A stretch of DNA of 64,000 nt from Thermodesulfobacteriota bacterium (GTDB lineage Bacteria > Desulfobacterota > Desulfarculia > JACQYL01), in NCBI GenBank assembly GCA_963675595.2, contig CAXXLZ010000001.1, positions 1,376,001-1,440,000 on the forward strand. Direction: 5' to 3'. Under the pieces are notes generated by a model that saw only the letters and a program-made list of their open reading frames with translations, was not told the DNA's origin and searched no databases. Position numbers and translations under genes: made by a program. Of this stretch, positions 30,517-41,000 are shown piece by piece (within the stretch, counting starts at the first letter, position 1; each line of letters opens with the position of its first letter).

Positions 30517-31980
30517 TTGACAACATCCATGACAAAAATTGCGGGAAACAAAGGCTCCGGCCCCCCTGGAATCGTCAAAATCCCGGCCGGCATCCGGGGA
30601 CTGGATGAGGTCCTCAACGGGGGTGTTCCCAAAGGCGCAACGACGCTTCTCAGTGGCGGGCCGGGAACGGGCAAAACCATGTTAGGGCTTGAATTCCTTG
30701 TCCGGGGGGCTATGGCCGGGCATCCCGGAATCCTGTTGACCTTCGAGGAAACTGAGCTTGCTTTGAAAAACTATGCCGCCGGGTTTGGGTGGGATCTCGC
30801 CGAATTCGAATCCAAAGGGTTTCTGTCCATTGTATCGGCCCGCATCCAACCGGACGCCGTGCTTTCCGGCAATTTCGACCTGCGCGGCGTCATCGGTATC
30901 CTGCGGCAAAAGGCCGATTCCATAAAGGCCGAACGGGTGGTTGTCGATGCCCCGGACGTGTTCCTTCGCCTTCTGGGTGACATCTCCAAAGAGCGGGCAG
31001 AATTGCACCTCCTGCACGAATGGCTGCGGGAGGCAGGGATGACGGCCCTGATGACGGTCAAAAGCCGAACGGACCAAGCCTCGTCCTCGCAATACGATTT
31101 CCTCGATTACATGGCCGATTGCGTGATTCACTTGGACCAGCGGGTTTTGGAACAGGTCACCACACGACGTCTGAGGGTGACCAAGTACCGCGGCTCCGCG
31201 TACGGTCGGAATGAGTATCCGTTCGGCATCACGGACAAAGGAATCTGGATCATTCCCGTAACCCAGGCCAGCCTGAGGCACGCCGGCCTCGGCGAATGCC
31301 TCTCCAGCGGCGTGGATCAACTGGACCACCTTCTGGGCGGAGGTTACCGGCGAAACTCCTGCACTCTGCTGACGGGAAATTCCGGTACCGGCAAGACCAC
31401 CTTTGCCTGCGCGTTCGCCCTTTCCATGGTTTCTTTGGACGAACGCATCCTCTACCTGGACTTCGAGGAAAGCTGGGATGCTCTGGTCTCCTGCATGCTG
31501 AGTCCCGGCCTCGACCTGCAACCGGCCAGGGATTCCGGCAAACTGAAGTTCCTTTCCAACATGCCCGAATCCCAGGGTATCGAGGAACACCTGATCCAGG
31601 CATTCCGCGCCATCGAAGCGTTTGAACCGCATCATCTGATCATCGACGCCATTTCCGCCTGCCGCCGCATGGGTTCAGACCACGCGGCCTTCGACTACCT
31701 CCTGCGCATCATTGATTATTGCAAGCAACGCGGCATCACCACGCTGCTCACCAACCTGATTTCAGCCATGGACCCGAGCCGTGAAATTACGGGCATCGAC
31801 CTCTCCTCGGTCATCGATACGGTCATCCTTTTGCGAAATATGGAAAAACAGGGCCGCTTCGTGCGGGACCTGGGAGTTCTCAAATCACGGGGCCGCAGCC
31901 ATTCGAGCCGTATTCACGAATTCAGAATCACGAACAACGGCATCGAGATCGGCGGAAATGAGGGGGACCATGTCGAATAA
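30517..31980 (+). CDS. kaiC: KaiC-family double-domain ATPase
   Basis: GGPGTGKT/TFEE and GNSGTGKT/DFEE; KYRGS and KSRG.SH; LSSVIDTVILL at the phosphosite position. Confidence 0.9.
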   Translation: MTTSMTKIAGNKGSGPPGIVKIPAGIRGLDEVLNGGVPKGATTLLSGGPGTGKTMLGLEFLVRGAMAGHPGILLTFEETELALKNYAAGFGWDLAEFESKGFLSIVSARIQPDAVLSGNFDLRGVIGILRQKADSIKAERVVVDAPDVFLRLLGDISKERAELHLLHEWLREAGMTALMTVKSRTDQASSSQYDFLDYMADCVIHLDQRVLEQVTTRRLRVTKYRGSAYGRNEYPFGITDKGIWIIPVTQASLRHAGLGECLSSGVDQLDHLLGGGYRRNSCTLLTGNSGTGKTTFACAFALSMVSLDERILYLDFEESWDALVSCMLSPGLDLQPARDSGKLKFLSNMPESQGIEEHLIQAFRAIEAFEPHHLIIDAISACRRMGSDHAAFDYLLRIIDYCKQRGITTLLTNLISAMDPSREITGIDLSSVIDTVILLRNMEKQGRFVRDLGVLKSRGRSHSSRIHEFRITNNGIEIGGNEGDHVE

Positions 31981-32281
31981 AACTCCGACCCGAACCTCCG
32001 CGGTCATCCGCTGTGTGGCCCGCCTTTTTGTCTGCGGCGATGCCCTCTACTCGCGGAGGGCCAGAGAAAACCTCCAGCGGCTGGGGGAGACGCTTCATCA
32101 CGTTGAATTCGAGGTGGAGGTCATCGATGTTAACGAGACCCCCCAGCTGGCCCTGGACCAGGGGATTTTCGTCAATCCCGCCCTTCAGGTGCTCGAACCT
32201 GCGCCGGGAACGCTGATTTACGGAGACTTGAGCGATTTTCAGGCATTGGCCGCTATATTCCCGAAAGGTGATGACCAATGA
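31970..32281 (+). CDS. kaiB: KaiB-family protein
   Basis: RLFVCGD..SRRARENL..EVIDVNETPQLA..I.V.PAL..P..IYGDLSD; overlaps kaiC stop, SD GAGGGGG. Confidence 0.85.
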   Translation: MSNKTPTRTSAVIRCVARLFVCGDALYSRRARENLQRLGETLHHVEFEVEVIDVNETPQLALDQGIFVNPALQVLEPAPGTLIYGDLSDFQALAAIFPKGDDQ

Positions 32282-35200
32282 GCGCCTCGAAATCACCGCC
32301 TTACGATGAGTTGAAGCGGCGCATGGAGGCTGCGGAATCGGCGCTGAAGGCCATCCGGGAGGGCCGCGTGGACACCATTTTGGGCGAACGCGAGACCCTG
32401 GTGGTTCGCCTGGCCGAAGCTGAGGCCAGGGAAGCGCATCTGAAGCAGGTGCTATTGGCCATCCGTAACGTCAACCAACTCATCGTGGCAGAGGACGACC
32501 CGCAGCGCCTGATCGAGCAGGCTTGTGTGAATCTGACGGAAACAATGGGGTATCACAACGCCTGGATCGCCCTGCTGGGCGGCAAAGCGGGTCTGGGGCT
32601 GGGGCTGGGGACGGAAGGGCCGGTGGCGACTGCAGCGGCTGCTGGGTTCGACGTTGGGTTCGAGACCCTGCGCGAGCGCCTCGAGCGCGGGGAATTCCCG
32701 GAATGCATGAAGCGTGCAATGGAAAACGAGGACACGCTTGTGAAGGACGATCCCATGGTGGATTGTCCCGACTGCCCCCTGCACGCCCAATACGGCGGCC
32801 GCGCCGGTTTGGTCCGCCGCCTGGACGCGGGCGGCGTGACCTACGGCATCCTGACGGCCTCCGTTCCCGCCGCCTACGCCCGAAACGCCGAAGAACAGGA
32901 ACTCTTCAACGAAGTGGCCGGCGATCTGGCCTTTGCCCTCTACAAGATCGCAGCGGCGCGAAAATTGGAGGAAAACCGCCAACATCTTTCTTTCGTCATC
33001 GAAGGGTCGGGCGTGGGAACCTGGGAATGGAACGTCCGGACCAATGAAACCCTCTTCAACGAGCAATGGGCGACCATGCTCGGATACACCATCGAGGAAC
33101 TGACGCCTTACGACTACGGGACCTGGGAACGCCTGGTCCACCCGGAAGACCTCGAGCGGGCGCGCCAAGCTCTGGCGGATTGCGTTGAGGGCAGGACGAC
33201 CGACTACAACTGCGAATTCCGCATGAAGCACAAGGACGGCCGTTGGGTCTGGATTCTCGACCGAGGGCGCATCATGACCCGCGACGATGCGGGCAAGGCG
33301 CTATCCATGTTCGGCACGCATACCGACATCACTGATCTCAAACAGACTGAAGAGGCGCTCAAACGACAGCACACCATGCTGGCCCGGACGGAGGCTATAG
33401 CTCATGTGGGCAGCTGGGAGTGGGATATCGCCGAGGACCGTGTGCGTTGGTCAGATGAGCTGTTCCGGATATTCGGACGCAACCCCGACACTGAGGCCCC
33501 GTCATTCGCCCAACATTTGGAAATCTATTTGCCAGAGGATATGGAGCGCCTAAAGGAGGCGGTTGAACACTGCGTATCCCAGGGGACGTCCTATGAACTA
33601 GAGCTCAGGGCCATTCGATCCGACGGTGAAATCCGGCACTGCTTCGCGAGGGGGCAGGCGGAAACCGATGAGACCGGCCGGGTCGTCAGACTCGCAGGCT
33701 CCTTGCAGGACCTCACGGAACAAAAAAAACAGCACGAACGTATTTCCCTACTCGTCCGCATGCTCGACGAGGCCCCCGCTTCGATCACGATTCACGACGT
33801 CGAGGGGGGCTTTCTTTACGCCAACCGTGAGACTTTTTCGCTCCATGGGTACGATGAAGACGAATTCATGTCCATCAACCTTCATGAGCTGGACGTTCCC
33901 GAGAGCGAGGCTCTGCTGGAAGAACGCTTCCGGCTGATTTTCGAAAAAGGAGAGGCGTCTTTCGAGGTTAATCATTATCGCAAGGACGGGACCGCATTTC
34001 CACTTCAGGTACTTGCAAAGCAGGTTCAATGGGAGGACCGCCCAGCGGTGTTGAGCATCGCCACCGACATTTCAGATCGCAAGCGCATGGAGAGGCGGCA
34101 TCAGGTTCTGGCCGACATCATCAAACGCAGCCGGGACTTCATTGGTGTTGCCGACTTTCGTAAGGAGGCGTTTTTCGTGAATCCCGCCGGCCGGGAAATG
34201 GTCGGGCTCGACGGGGACGAAGAAGTCGCCGGAACAAAGATCGAGGATTATTTTCTCAAGGAGGATATCGCTTTCGTCAATAATGTCATTATCCCAACCG
34301 TGGTGCAGGAGGGGCGATGGGCGGGCGAGTTCCGGTTCCGTCATTTCAAAACCGGAAAATCGGTTCCGGTTCTTTACGATCTCTTTCGCTCTGAGGACCC
34401 TTCAACCGGAGAAATGATCAATTACGCCACTGTTACGCGCGACATCACCGAACGCAAGCGGACCGAAGACGCCCTGAAGTTCGCCAACACGAAACTCTCC
34501 ATTGCCATGCAGGCCGCAGGACAGGGTCTTTGGGAGTGGAGTCTCAGCACGGATACCGTCCATTTTGATGATGCGGCCCTGGAAATGCTAGGCTATCGGC
34601 GTGAGGATATCCAGGGGCCTATGGAAACCGGTAAATGGTGGATCAGCCAAGCACATCCCGATGACAAAGCATACATGGAGGAACGGTTCGACCGTTATCT
34701 TTCGGGCAAGGAAAAGGAATACCATGTCGAATTCCGCCTCAAAGACAAGGACGGCGGCTACCTATGGGTGGAATCGTCAGCAAGAGTGATTTCGAAGGAC
34801 CCTGCCGGGAACCCCGAGGTTGTGGTGGGTATCCACCAGGATATATCCAAAAGGAAAAGGATCGAGCAGAATCTGATCCAATCGGAAAAGAATTACCGGG
34901 ATATTTTTGACAACAGCAGCGACTGCATCTTCATCCATGACGCCACCACCGGCGCCATCGTGGATGTCAACCGAACCACATGCGAGACCTTTGGTTATTC
35001 GGTCGAGGAAATAAAGCACCTCGAGGTGGGAGACTTCAGCCTGAACCGGCCGCCTTACACCAGCGCCGAGGCAGTGGAGTGGATCAAAAAGGCCCACAAG
35101 GAAGGCCCGCAGCGCTTTGAATGGCTTGCCAAAGACCGTATGGGACGGCTGATCTGGTTCGAAAACAACCTTCTGAACGCCCAAATCGGTGGAAAAGACA

Positions 35201-37980
35201 GGATTCTGGTTTTTGGCAGCAATATTGACGACCGGAAACAGATCGAGCGGGAACTTCGCAGAAGTGAGGAACATTTTCGATTTATCGTGGATCATTCGTA
35301 TGACCTGATATGGACACTGATGGTAGATGGCGTGTTCTCCTATGTTTCCCCTTCATGGAAAACAAGACTCGGCTATCAACCGTCGGATGTCATGGGCGAG
35401 GCGTTTCAACAGTTTGTCCATCCCGATGATATTGCCGGGTGCGAAGAGTATATGTGGAAGGTTCTTGATGCACATAGCGCCTTAACCGGATATCAGTACC
35501 GAGCCAGGCATGCCGACGGGTCGTGGAGATGGCATGAAGCTGTTATGACGCCCACTTATGCCGAAGACGATTCGTTCCTCTCTTTCGTCGGCGTCTCAAG
35601 AGATATTACCGACCGTAAGCGACTGGAAGAGGTCTTGCGCGAGAGCGAGCAGCGGCTTCAAGCCGTGTTCAACGCCGTGGACAGCGTCCCGATTCAGGGA
35701 TACGACAAGGATCGGCGGGTTGTCTTCTGGAATCCCGCCAGCGAGAAGCTTTATGGCTATATCCATGACGAAGCCGTTGGCCGGCCTTTGGAGGAACTAA
35801 TCATTCCCGAGGAGTCTCGGGAATCGGTAGTGGAAGCGATCCGGCAGTGGCACGATCACGACATTCCCATCCCCGCGGGCGAGATCGAGCTTCTTAACAA
35901 GAATTGCGAGCGGCTTCAGGTCCACTCCAACCACATCATGATCACCAACCATCGCGGCGACAAGGAAATGTTCTGCATCGACGTGGACCTGACCGACATC
36001 CGACGGATCGAACAGAGCATGGCCTCCTTGTCGGCGGTTGTCGAGAACAGTGACAATATCGTGGTCGTCAAGGATTTGGATCTTCGCGTCGTCGCGACGA
36101 ACCCGGCCTTCGCGAAAGCCGCCGGCCACCCCACGGTCGATACGATGATCGGAAAGACGGACGCCGAAATTTTCGGCGTCACGCCCGACACCGAGCCGAT
36201 TCGCTCCTACATGGAAGATGAACGTCGCGCTCAGACCCTGCCGCCGGGCGAGTACATCCTGCGCGAGGAACCGGTTGTGACCCCTGACGGCGGGGTGCGT
36301 ACGGTTCTGACCAAAAAGTATCCGATCTATGACCGATCGGGGAACTTGATTGGAACAGGCAACATCTCCACCGACATCACCGAGCGCAAGCAGGCTGAAG
36401 AACGGCAGAAAAATCTAGCGACCGAACTCGAAGAGATCCTTGATTCTTTGCCTGATGCAGTGGTGTATGCCGATACGGATCGCCGAATCAAGAAGGTGAA
36501 TCCTTCGTTTACGCGCATTTTCGGATATAACCGTGATGAGATTCTTGGAAAGAAGACTCGAATTATTTACCGCAATGATGAGGAATACCTTGAGCAAGGT
36601 CGTAAGCGGTACAATCCGAAAGCCCCGCAAATGTGGGAACCATATGAATTCTATCATGTTCGAAAGGACGGGACCGAATTTATCAGTGAAACTGTCGGAA
36701 CACCGGTCCACAACTCACAAGGGGAAGTTGTCGGCCTGCTCGGACTCGTACGGGACATCACGGAGAAAAAACAAAGTGAATCAGAGAATGAAAAGCTGCA
36801 GGCCCAACTCCGTCAGGCTCAGAAAATGGAGTCGGTGGGTCGACTGGCCGGCGGCGTTGCCCACGATTTCAACAACATGCTGGGCGTAATCCTGGGCTCC
36901 GCGGAAATGGCGTTGGATGATACGAGTCCTTATGATCCGCAGTATGCAAGCCTGAAGGAAATCTACAAGGCGGCTCGGCGTTCTTCGGATCTTACCAGGC
37001 AACTCCTTGCCTTCGCTCGAAAGCAGACGATTTCTCCAGAAATCCTGGACTTGAACAAGACCGTGGAAGCTATGCTCAAAATGCTCAGGCGACTCATCGG
37101 CGAAGACATCGACCTCTCCTGGATGCCGGGAAGCCCCTTATGGAAGGTCAAAATGGATCCTTCCCAAATTGATCAAATACTGGCCAATCTATGCGTCAAT
37201 GCAAAAGATGCCATTGCGGGGACGGGCCGGGTCACCATCGAGACCGTGAATGTTACCTTGGACGAGGCACAATGTGCGGAGCAAGTCGGCTTCTTGCCCG
37301 GCGAATATGTCCTCTTGGCTTTGAGCGATAACGGTTGCGGAATGGATTCCGAGACGATGTCACACTTGTTCGAGCCTTTTTTCACCACCAAAGCGGTCGG
37401 CCATGGCACTGGGCTTGGCTTAGCCACGATCTACGGCATCGTCAAACAGAATGGGGGGTTCATCTACGTCGAAAGCGAGCCGGGCAGAGGAACAACATTT
37501 TCCATTTATTTTCCGAGACACGTGTATAAGGTGGAAGCCTTCTCCCGTGCCGAAACCAAGACTTCGGCGGAACTCGGCAGCGAAACCATTCTATTGGTGG
37601 AGGATGAAGAAGCCATGTTGAACATGGCGAAGACCATGCTGGAACGGCTGGGATACCGCGTCTTGGCCTGCGGAACGCCCGTCGAAGCGGAGCGATTGAC
37701 GCTGGAACACGGCGGCGAAATCCATCTGCTCATGACCGATGTGATCATGCCGGAAATGAACGGCAGGGAACTGGCCGAAAGGCTCATATCTCGATATCCG
37801 AACATGAGAAGCCTTTTTACATCCGGTTACACGGCGGATGTCATCGGTCGCCATGGAGTGCTTAACGAGGGCGTGCACTTCATACAGAAGCCGTTCTCCA
37901 AGAAGGACTTGGCGGCCAAGGTTCGGGAAGCCCTTTCGACAATACCTCGTCTTGGTCCAAGAGACTACCAAGGGGGCTGA
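32278..37980 (+). CDS. Giant hybrid sensor kinase (GAF, about 10 PAS/PAC, HisKA, HATPase, REC), 1900 aa
   Basis: Repeated DIT(D/E)RK PAC ends; AHDFNN H-box; FEPFFTTK..GTGLGL; C-terminal VEDE..TDVIMP..QKPF. Confidence 0.93.
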   Translation: MSASKSPPYDELKRRMEAAESALKAIREGRVDTILGERETLVVRLAEAEAREAHLKQVLLAIRNVNQLIVAEDDPQRLIEQACVNLTETMGYHNAWIALLGGKAGLGLGLGTEGPVATAAAAGFDVGFETLRERLERGEFPECMKRAMENEDTLVKDDPMVDCPDCPLHAQYGGRAGLVRRLDAGGVTYGILTASVPAAYARNAEEQELFNEVAGDLAFALYKIAAARKLEENRQHLSFVIEGSGVGTWEWNVRTNETLFNEQWATMLGYTIEELTPYDYGTWERLVHPEDLERARQALADCVEGRTTDYNCEFRMKHKDGRWVWILDRGRIMTRDDAGKALSMFGTHTDITDLKQTEEALKRQHTMLARTEAIAHVGSWEWDIAEDRVRWSDELFRIFGRNPDTEAPSFAQHLEIYLPEDMERLKEAVEHCVSQGTSYELELRAIRSDGEIRHCFARGQAETDETGRVVRLAGSLQDLTEQKKQHERISLLVRMLDEAPASITIHDVEGGFLYANRETFSLHGYDEDEFMSINLHELDVPESEALLEERFRLIFEKGEASFEVNHYRKDGTAFPLQVLAKQVQWEDRPAVLSIATDISDRKRMERRHQVLADIIKRSRDFIGVADFRKEAFFVNPAGREMVGLDGDEEVAGTKIEDYFLKEDIAFVNNVIIPTVVQEGRWAGEFRFRHFKTGKSVPVLYDLFRSEDPSTGEMINYATVTRDITERKRTEDALKFANTKLSIAMQAAGQGLWEWSLSTDTVHFDDAALEMLGYRREDIQGPMETGKWWISQAHPDDKAYMEERFDRYLSGKEKEYHVEFRLKDKDGGYLWVESSARVISKDPAGNPEVVVGIHQDISKRKRIEQNLIQSEKNYRDIFDNSSDCIFIHDATTGAIVDVNRTTCETFGYSVEEIKHLEVGDFSLNRPPYTSAEAVEWIKKAHKEGPQRFEWLAKDRMGRLIWFENNLLNAQIGGKDRILVFGSNIDDRKQIERELRRSEEHFRFIVDHSYDLIWTLMVDGVFSYVSPSWKTRLGYQPSDVMGEAFQQFVHPDDIAGCEEYMWKVLDAHSALTGYQYRARHADGSWRWHEAVMTPTYAEDDSFLSFVGVSRDITDRKRLEEVLRESEQRLQAVFNAVDSVPIQGYDKDRRVVFWNPASEKLYGYIHDEAVGRPLEELIIPEESRESVVEAIRQWHDHDIPIPAGEIELLNKNCERLQVHSNHIMITNHRGDKEMFCIDVDLTDIRRIEQSMASLSAVVENSDNIVVVKDLDLRVVATNPAFAKAAGHPTVDTMIGKTDAEIFGVTPDTEPIRSYMEDERRAQTLPPGEYILREEPVVTPDGGVRTVLTKKYPIYDRSGNLIGTGNISTDITERKQAEERQKNLATELEEILDSLPDAVVYADTDRRIKKVNPSFTRIFGYNRDEILGKKTRIIYRNDEEYLEQGRKRYNPKAPQMWEPYEFYHVRKDGTEFISETVGTPVHNSQGEVVGLLGLVRDITEKKQSESENEKLQAQLRQAQKMESVGRLAGGVAHDFNNMLGVILGSAEMALDDTSPYDPQYASLKEIYKAARRSSDLTRQLLAFARKQTISPEILDLNKTVEAMLKMLRRLIGEDIDLSWMPGSPLWKVKMDPSQIDQILANLCVNAKDAIAGTGRVTIETVNVTLDEAQCAEQVGFLPGEYVLLALSDNGCGMDSETMSHLFEPFFTTKAVGHGTGLGLATIYGIVKQNGGFIYVESEPGRGTTFSIYFPRHVYKVEAFSRAETKTSAELGSETILLVEDEEAMLNMAKTMLERLGYRVLACGTPVEAERLTLEHGGEIHLLMTDVIMPEMNGRELAERLISRYPNMRSLFTSGYTADVIGRHGVLNEGVHFIQKPFSKKDLAAKVREALSTIPRLGPRDYQGG

Positions 37981-38081
37981 GCTGAGTCGGAAGTTATTGG
38001 ATATCAGGCTCAAGCTCAAATATCCGGATCACTTTGCACAACAAGATACACCCGCATTTTCCGGAATTCATGGTGATCGAT

Positions 38082-41000
38082 ATGTCCGACCGGAACGTTC
38101 AAACCGTATTCGTGGTCAACGACGATCATGTTCAGCTTTCCATATTGGAAGCGCTGATACGAAAGGCGGGTCATGAGCCGCGTGTTTTCAGCTCTGCGGA
38201 ACAGGCTTTGAATGCCGTGGATCCGCTGCAGCCTCCTTCACTCGTTGTGACCGATTTACATATGCCGGGTATCGACGGTTGGCAACTTTGCAGACTGATG
38301 CGTTCACCCGAATATGCTTTTTTGATGAACGTTCCCATCATCGTAGTATCGGCGACCTTTTATGGTGACGAACCCGAACGGATTGCCGCGGACCTCGGAG
38401 TCGCCGCTTTTTTCACGTCTCCGGTGGATGGCGATGATTTCGTTCGGCAGGTGAGGGCCGTTCTGGAGGTAAGGCACAGCCTTATTCCTTCACGCGTCCT
38501 GATCGTCGAAGATGCACGGACCTTGTCCGGAATGATTGAGAAAGCCTTCACCGAAGAAGAGTATCAAGTCCACAAGGCATTTACGATAGAAGCCGCCAAG
38601 GAAGCCTTATCCACGGCCTTGTACGATTTGGCCGTGATCGACCATGATCTGGCCGACGGCAAGGGCGATAACCTGCTGGAACTGCTGAAAGCACAACAAC
38701 CTGATTGCGTCTGTTTGATGATGACAGGCGACTCGAATCCGCAAAGGGCGATTGATTGGATGAAACGAGGCGCCGCGGCTTACCTTCGCAAGCCTTTCGA
38801 TCCCGATCATCTTATCGAATTATGCCGGCGGGCACGACGTGAACGCACACTGCTCCGGACCCAGAACTTGCTTGAAATTCGGACGCACGAACTGAAGGAA
38901 AGCAGGCACCAATTTCAACAAATCTTTGAAGGCAGTCGGGACGGATTTGTCATCGTTGATGAACAACAGCGAATCACAAACGCGAACCGCGCCTTTTGCC
39001 GAATGTTGGGCTACTCCCTTGAGGAGTTACGGGCCATGGCCGGTTTTCAAAAGATCACCCCGTCACGCTGGCACCAATGGGAAGATGAGGAAATCTGGAA
39101 TAAACGCTTGCTGCAAGAGGGTTATTCGGGAGTTTACGAAAAGGAGTACATACGCAAAGATGGTTCAATATTTCCCGTGGAGCTCCAAGCCTACACGGTT
39201 TTGGATGAAAACGGCAAGATATCCTATCTATGGGGGGTCGCACGAGACATCTCTGAGCACAAACAGGCGGATGCATCCCTGCGTCGAAGTCAATCCCGCT
39301 ACCAATCCCTGACCGAGAATTTTCCCAACGGCGCGATTTTTCTATTTGACGAAGACTTTCGCTACCTCTTGGTAGGAGGCGAAAGCCTGCGCAAAGCCGG
39401 GCTTTCGAGTGAGGAGCTTGTGGGCAGAACGGTAAAGGAAGTTTTTCCCGACTTATGGAGCACAATACGTCCCCACGCTCAGGCGGCCTTGCGCGGAGAA
39501 AAGAGTTATTACGAAGTCGAGTATAAAGGTCGTATCTATTCGAATCAGGCGTTGCCCATCAAGGATCCTTCCACTAGCTTTCGCCAAGCCCTCGTTCTCA
39601 CGCAGGATATCACAGAACGCAAACGGATTGAGGAGGCGTTGTCCAAAAGCGAGGAAAAGTACCGCGTCCTGGTAGAGAACGCAGGAGAGGCCATCTTCGT
39701 CGCTCAAAACGGGAGGCTGAAGTTTCACAACAGCAGGACCGAGACGATGATCGGTTTCAGCAAGGACGAACTGACATCCAAACCTTTCATTGACTTCATA
39801 CATCCCGAAGACCGTTCACTCGTGCTGAATCGACACATGAAAAGACTGCAGGGAGAGATCGATGAGCCCTCCAAGTACAGCTTCAGGATCGTGCACCGTT
39901 CAGGGAAGACACTCTGGGTTGAGCTAAAGGTGGTCCTCATCGAATGGTTCGGAGAACGGGCCACGCTGAATTTCTTGTCCGATATCACCGATCGGAAACG
40001 GGCTGAAGGAGCGCTGCTCGCCAGTGAAATCCGTTTCCGTGATCTGGCAAGACAAGCACCTTTCAGCATTCAGGTACTCGATCTTAGCGGCAAGACACTG
40101 CAGGTCAACGATGAGTGGAACCGACTGTGGGGAATAAGTCTTGCCGATATCGCACATTACAACATCTTTGAAGACCGGCAGCTCCTGGAAAACGGGGTTA
40201 TAGAGCACGTCAAAAGGGCGTTTTGTGGCGAGAACGTGATCATTCCGCCGATGGAATATTCAGCTGAGAAAACCGTTGGAAAGGGACAAAGTAGGTGGGT
40301 TCAGGCACGTGCCTTTCCGGTTCGGGACGAGTTGGGCAATATCCGAGAGGTCACCCTGATACATGAAGATATTGGCGAGCGCAAGCGTGCCGAGGAGGCA
40401 CTCAAACAAAGCGAAGCAAAATATCGCGCCCTTGTTGAAAACAGCACCGACATCATATGGACTTACGATCTCGCTTCAAAGAAATATACTTTTGCAGCCG
40501 GCGCCCTCGAATCCACATTAGGATATTCGCCTAACGAGGCCTCCGGCATGAGCCTCGACGATCTGTTCGACTCAGACACCAAGAAGAGGATTTCCGCCGA
40601 ATTCCAGAAAATTTTGGAAAGTAACGGACAAGACAAAAAGATCAAGATCGAAGCAACACATCGCCACAAGAACGGCGGTTACGTCCCACTCGAGATATTC
40701 GCTTCTTTGGTGCGTGACGACAAAGAAAGACCTGTCGCTTTCAGTGGAGTTTCCCGCGACATCACGGAGCGTCTCCAAAACGAAAAGGCGCTGCGCGAAA
40801 GCGAAGAGCGATTCCGAATGCTCCTGAACGACGTATCCATGGTATCCGTCCAAGGCTACGCACCGGACGGAACGACGCTATATTGGAATGAGGGTTCACG
40901 GATTCTATACGGATATACTTCGGACGAAGCGCTCGGTTCCAACCTGTTGGACCTGATCATCCCTCCTGAAATGCGAGATGAAGTAGCCACAGCGATTCGT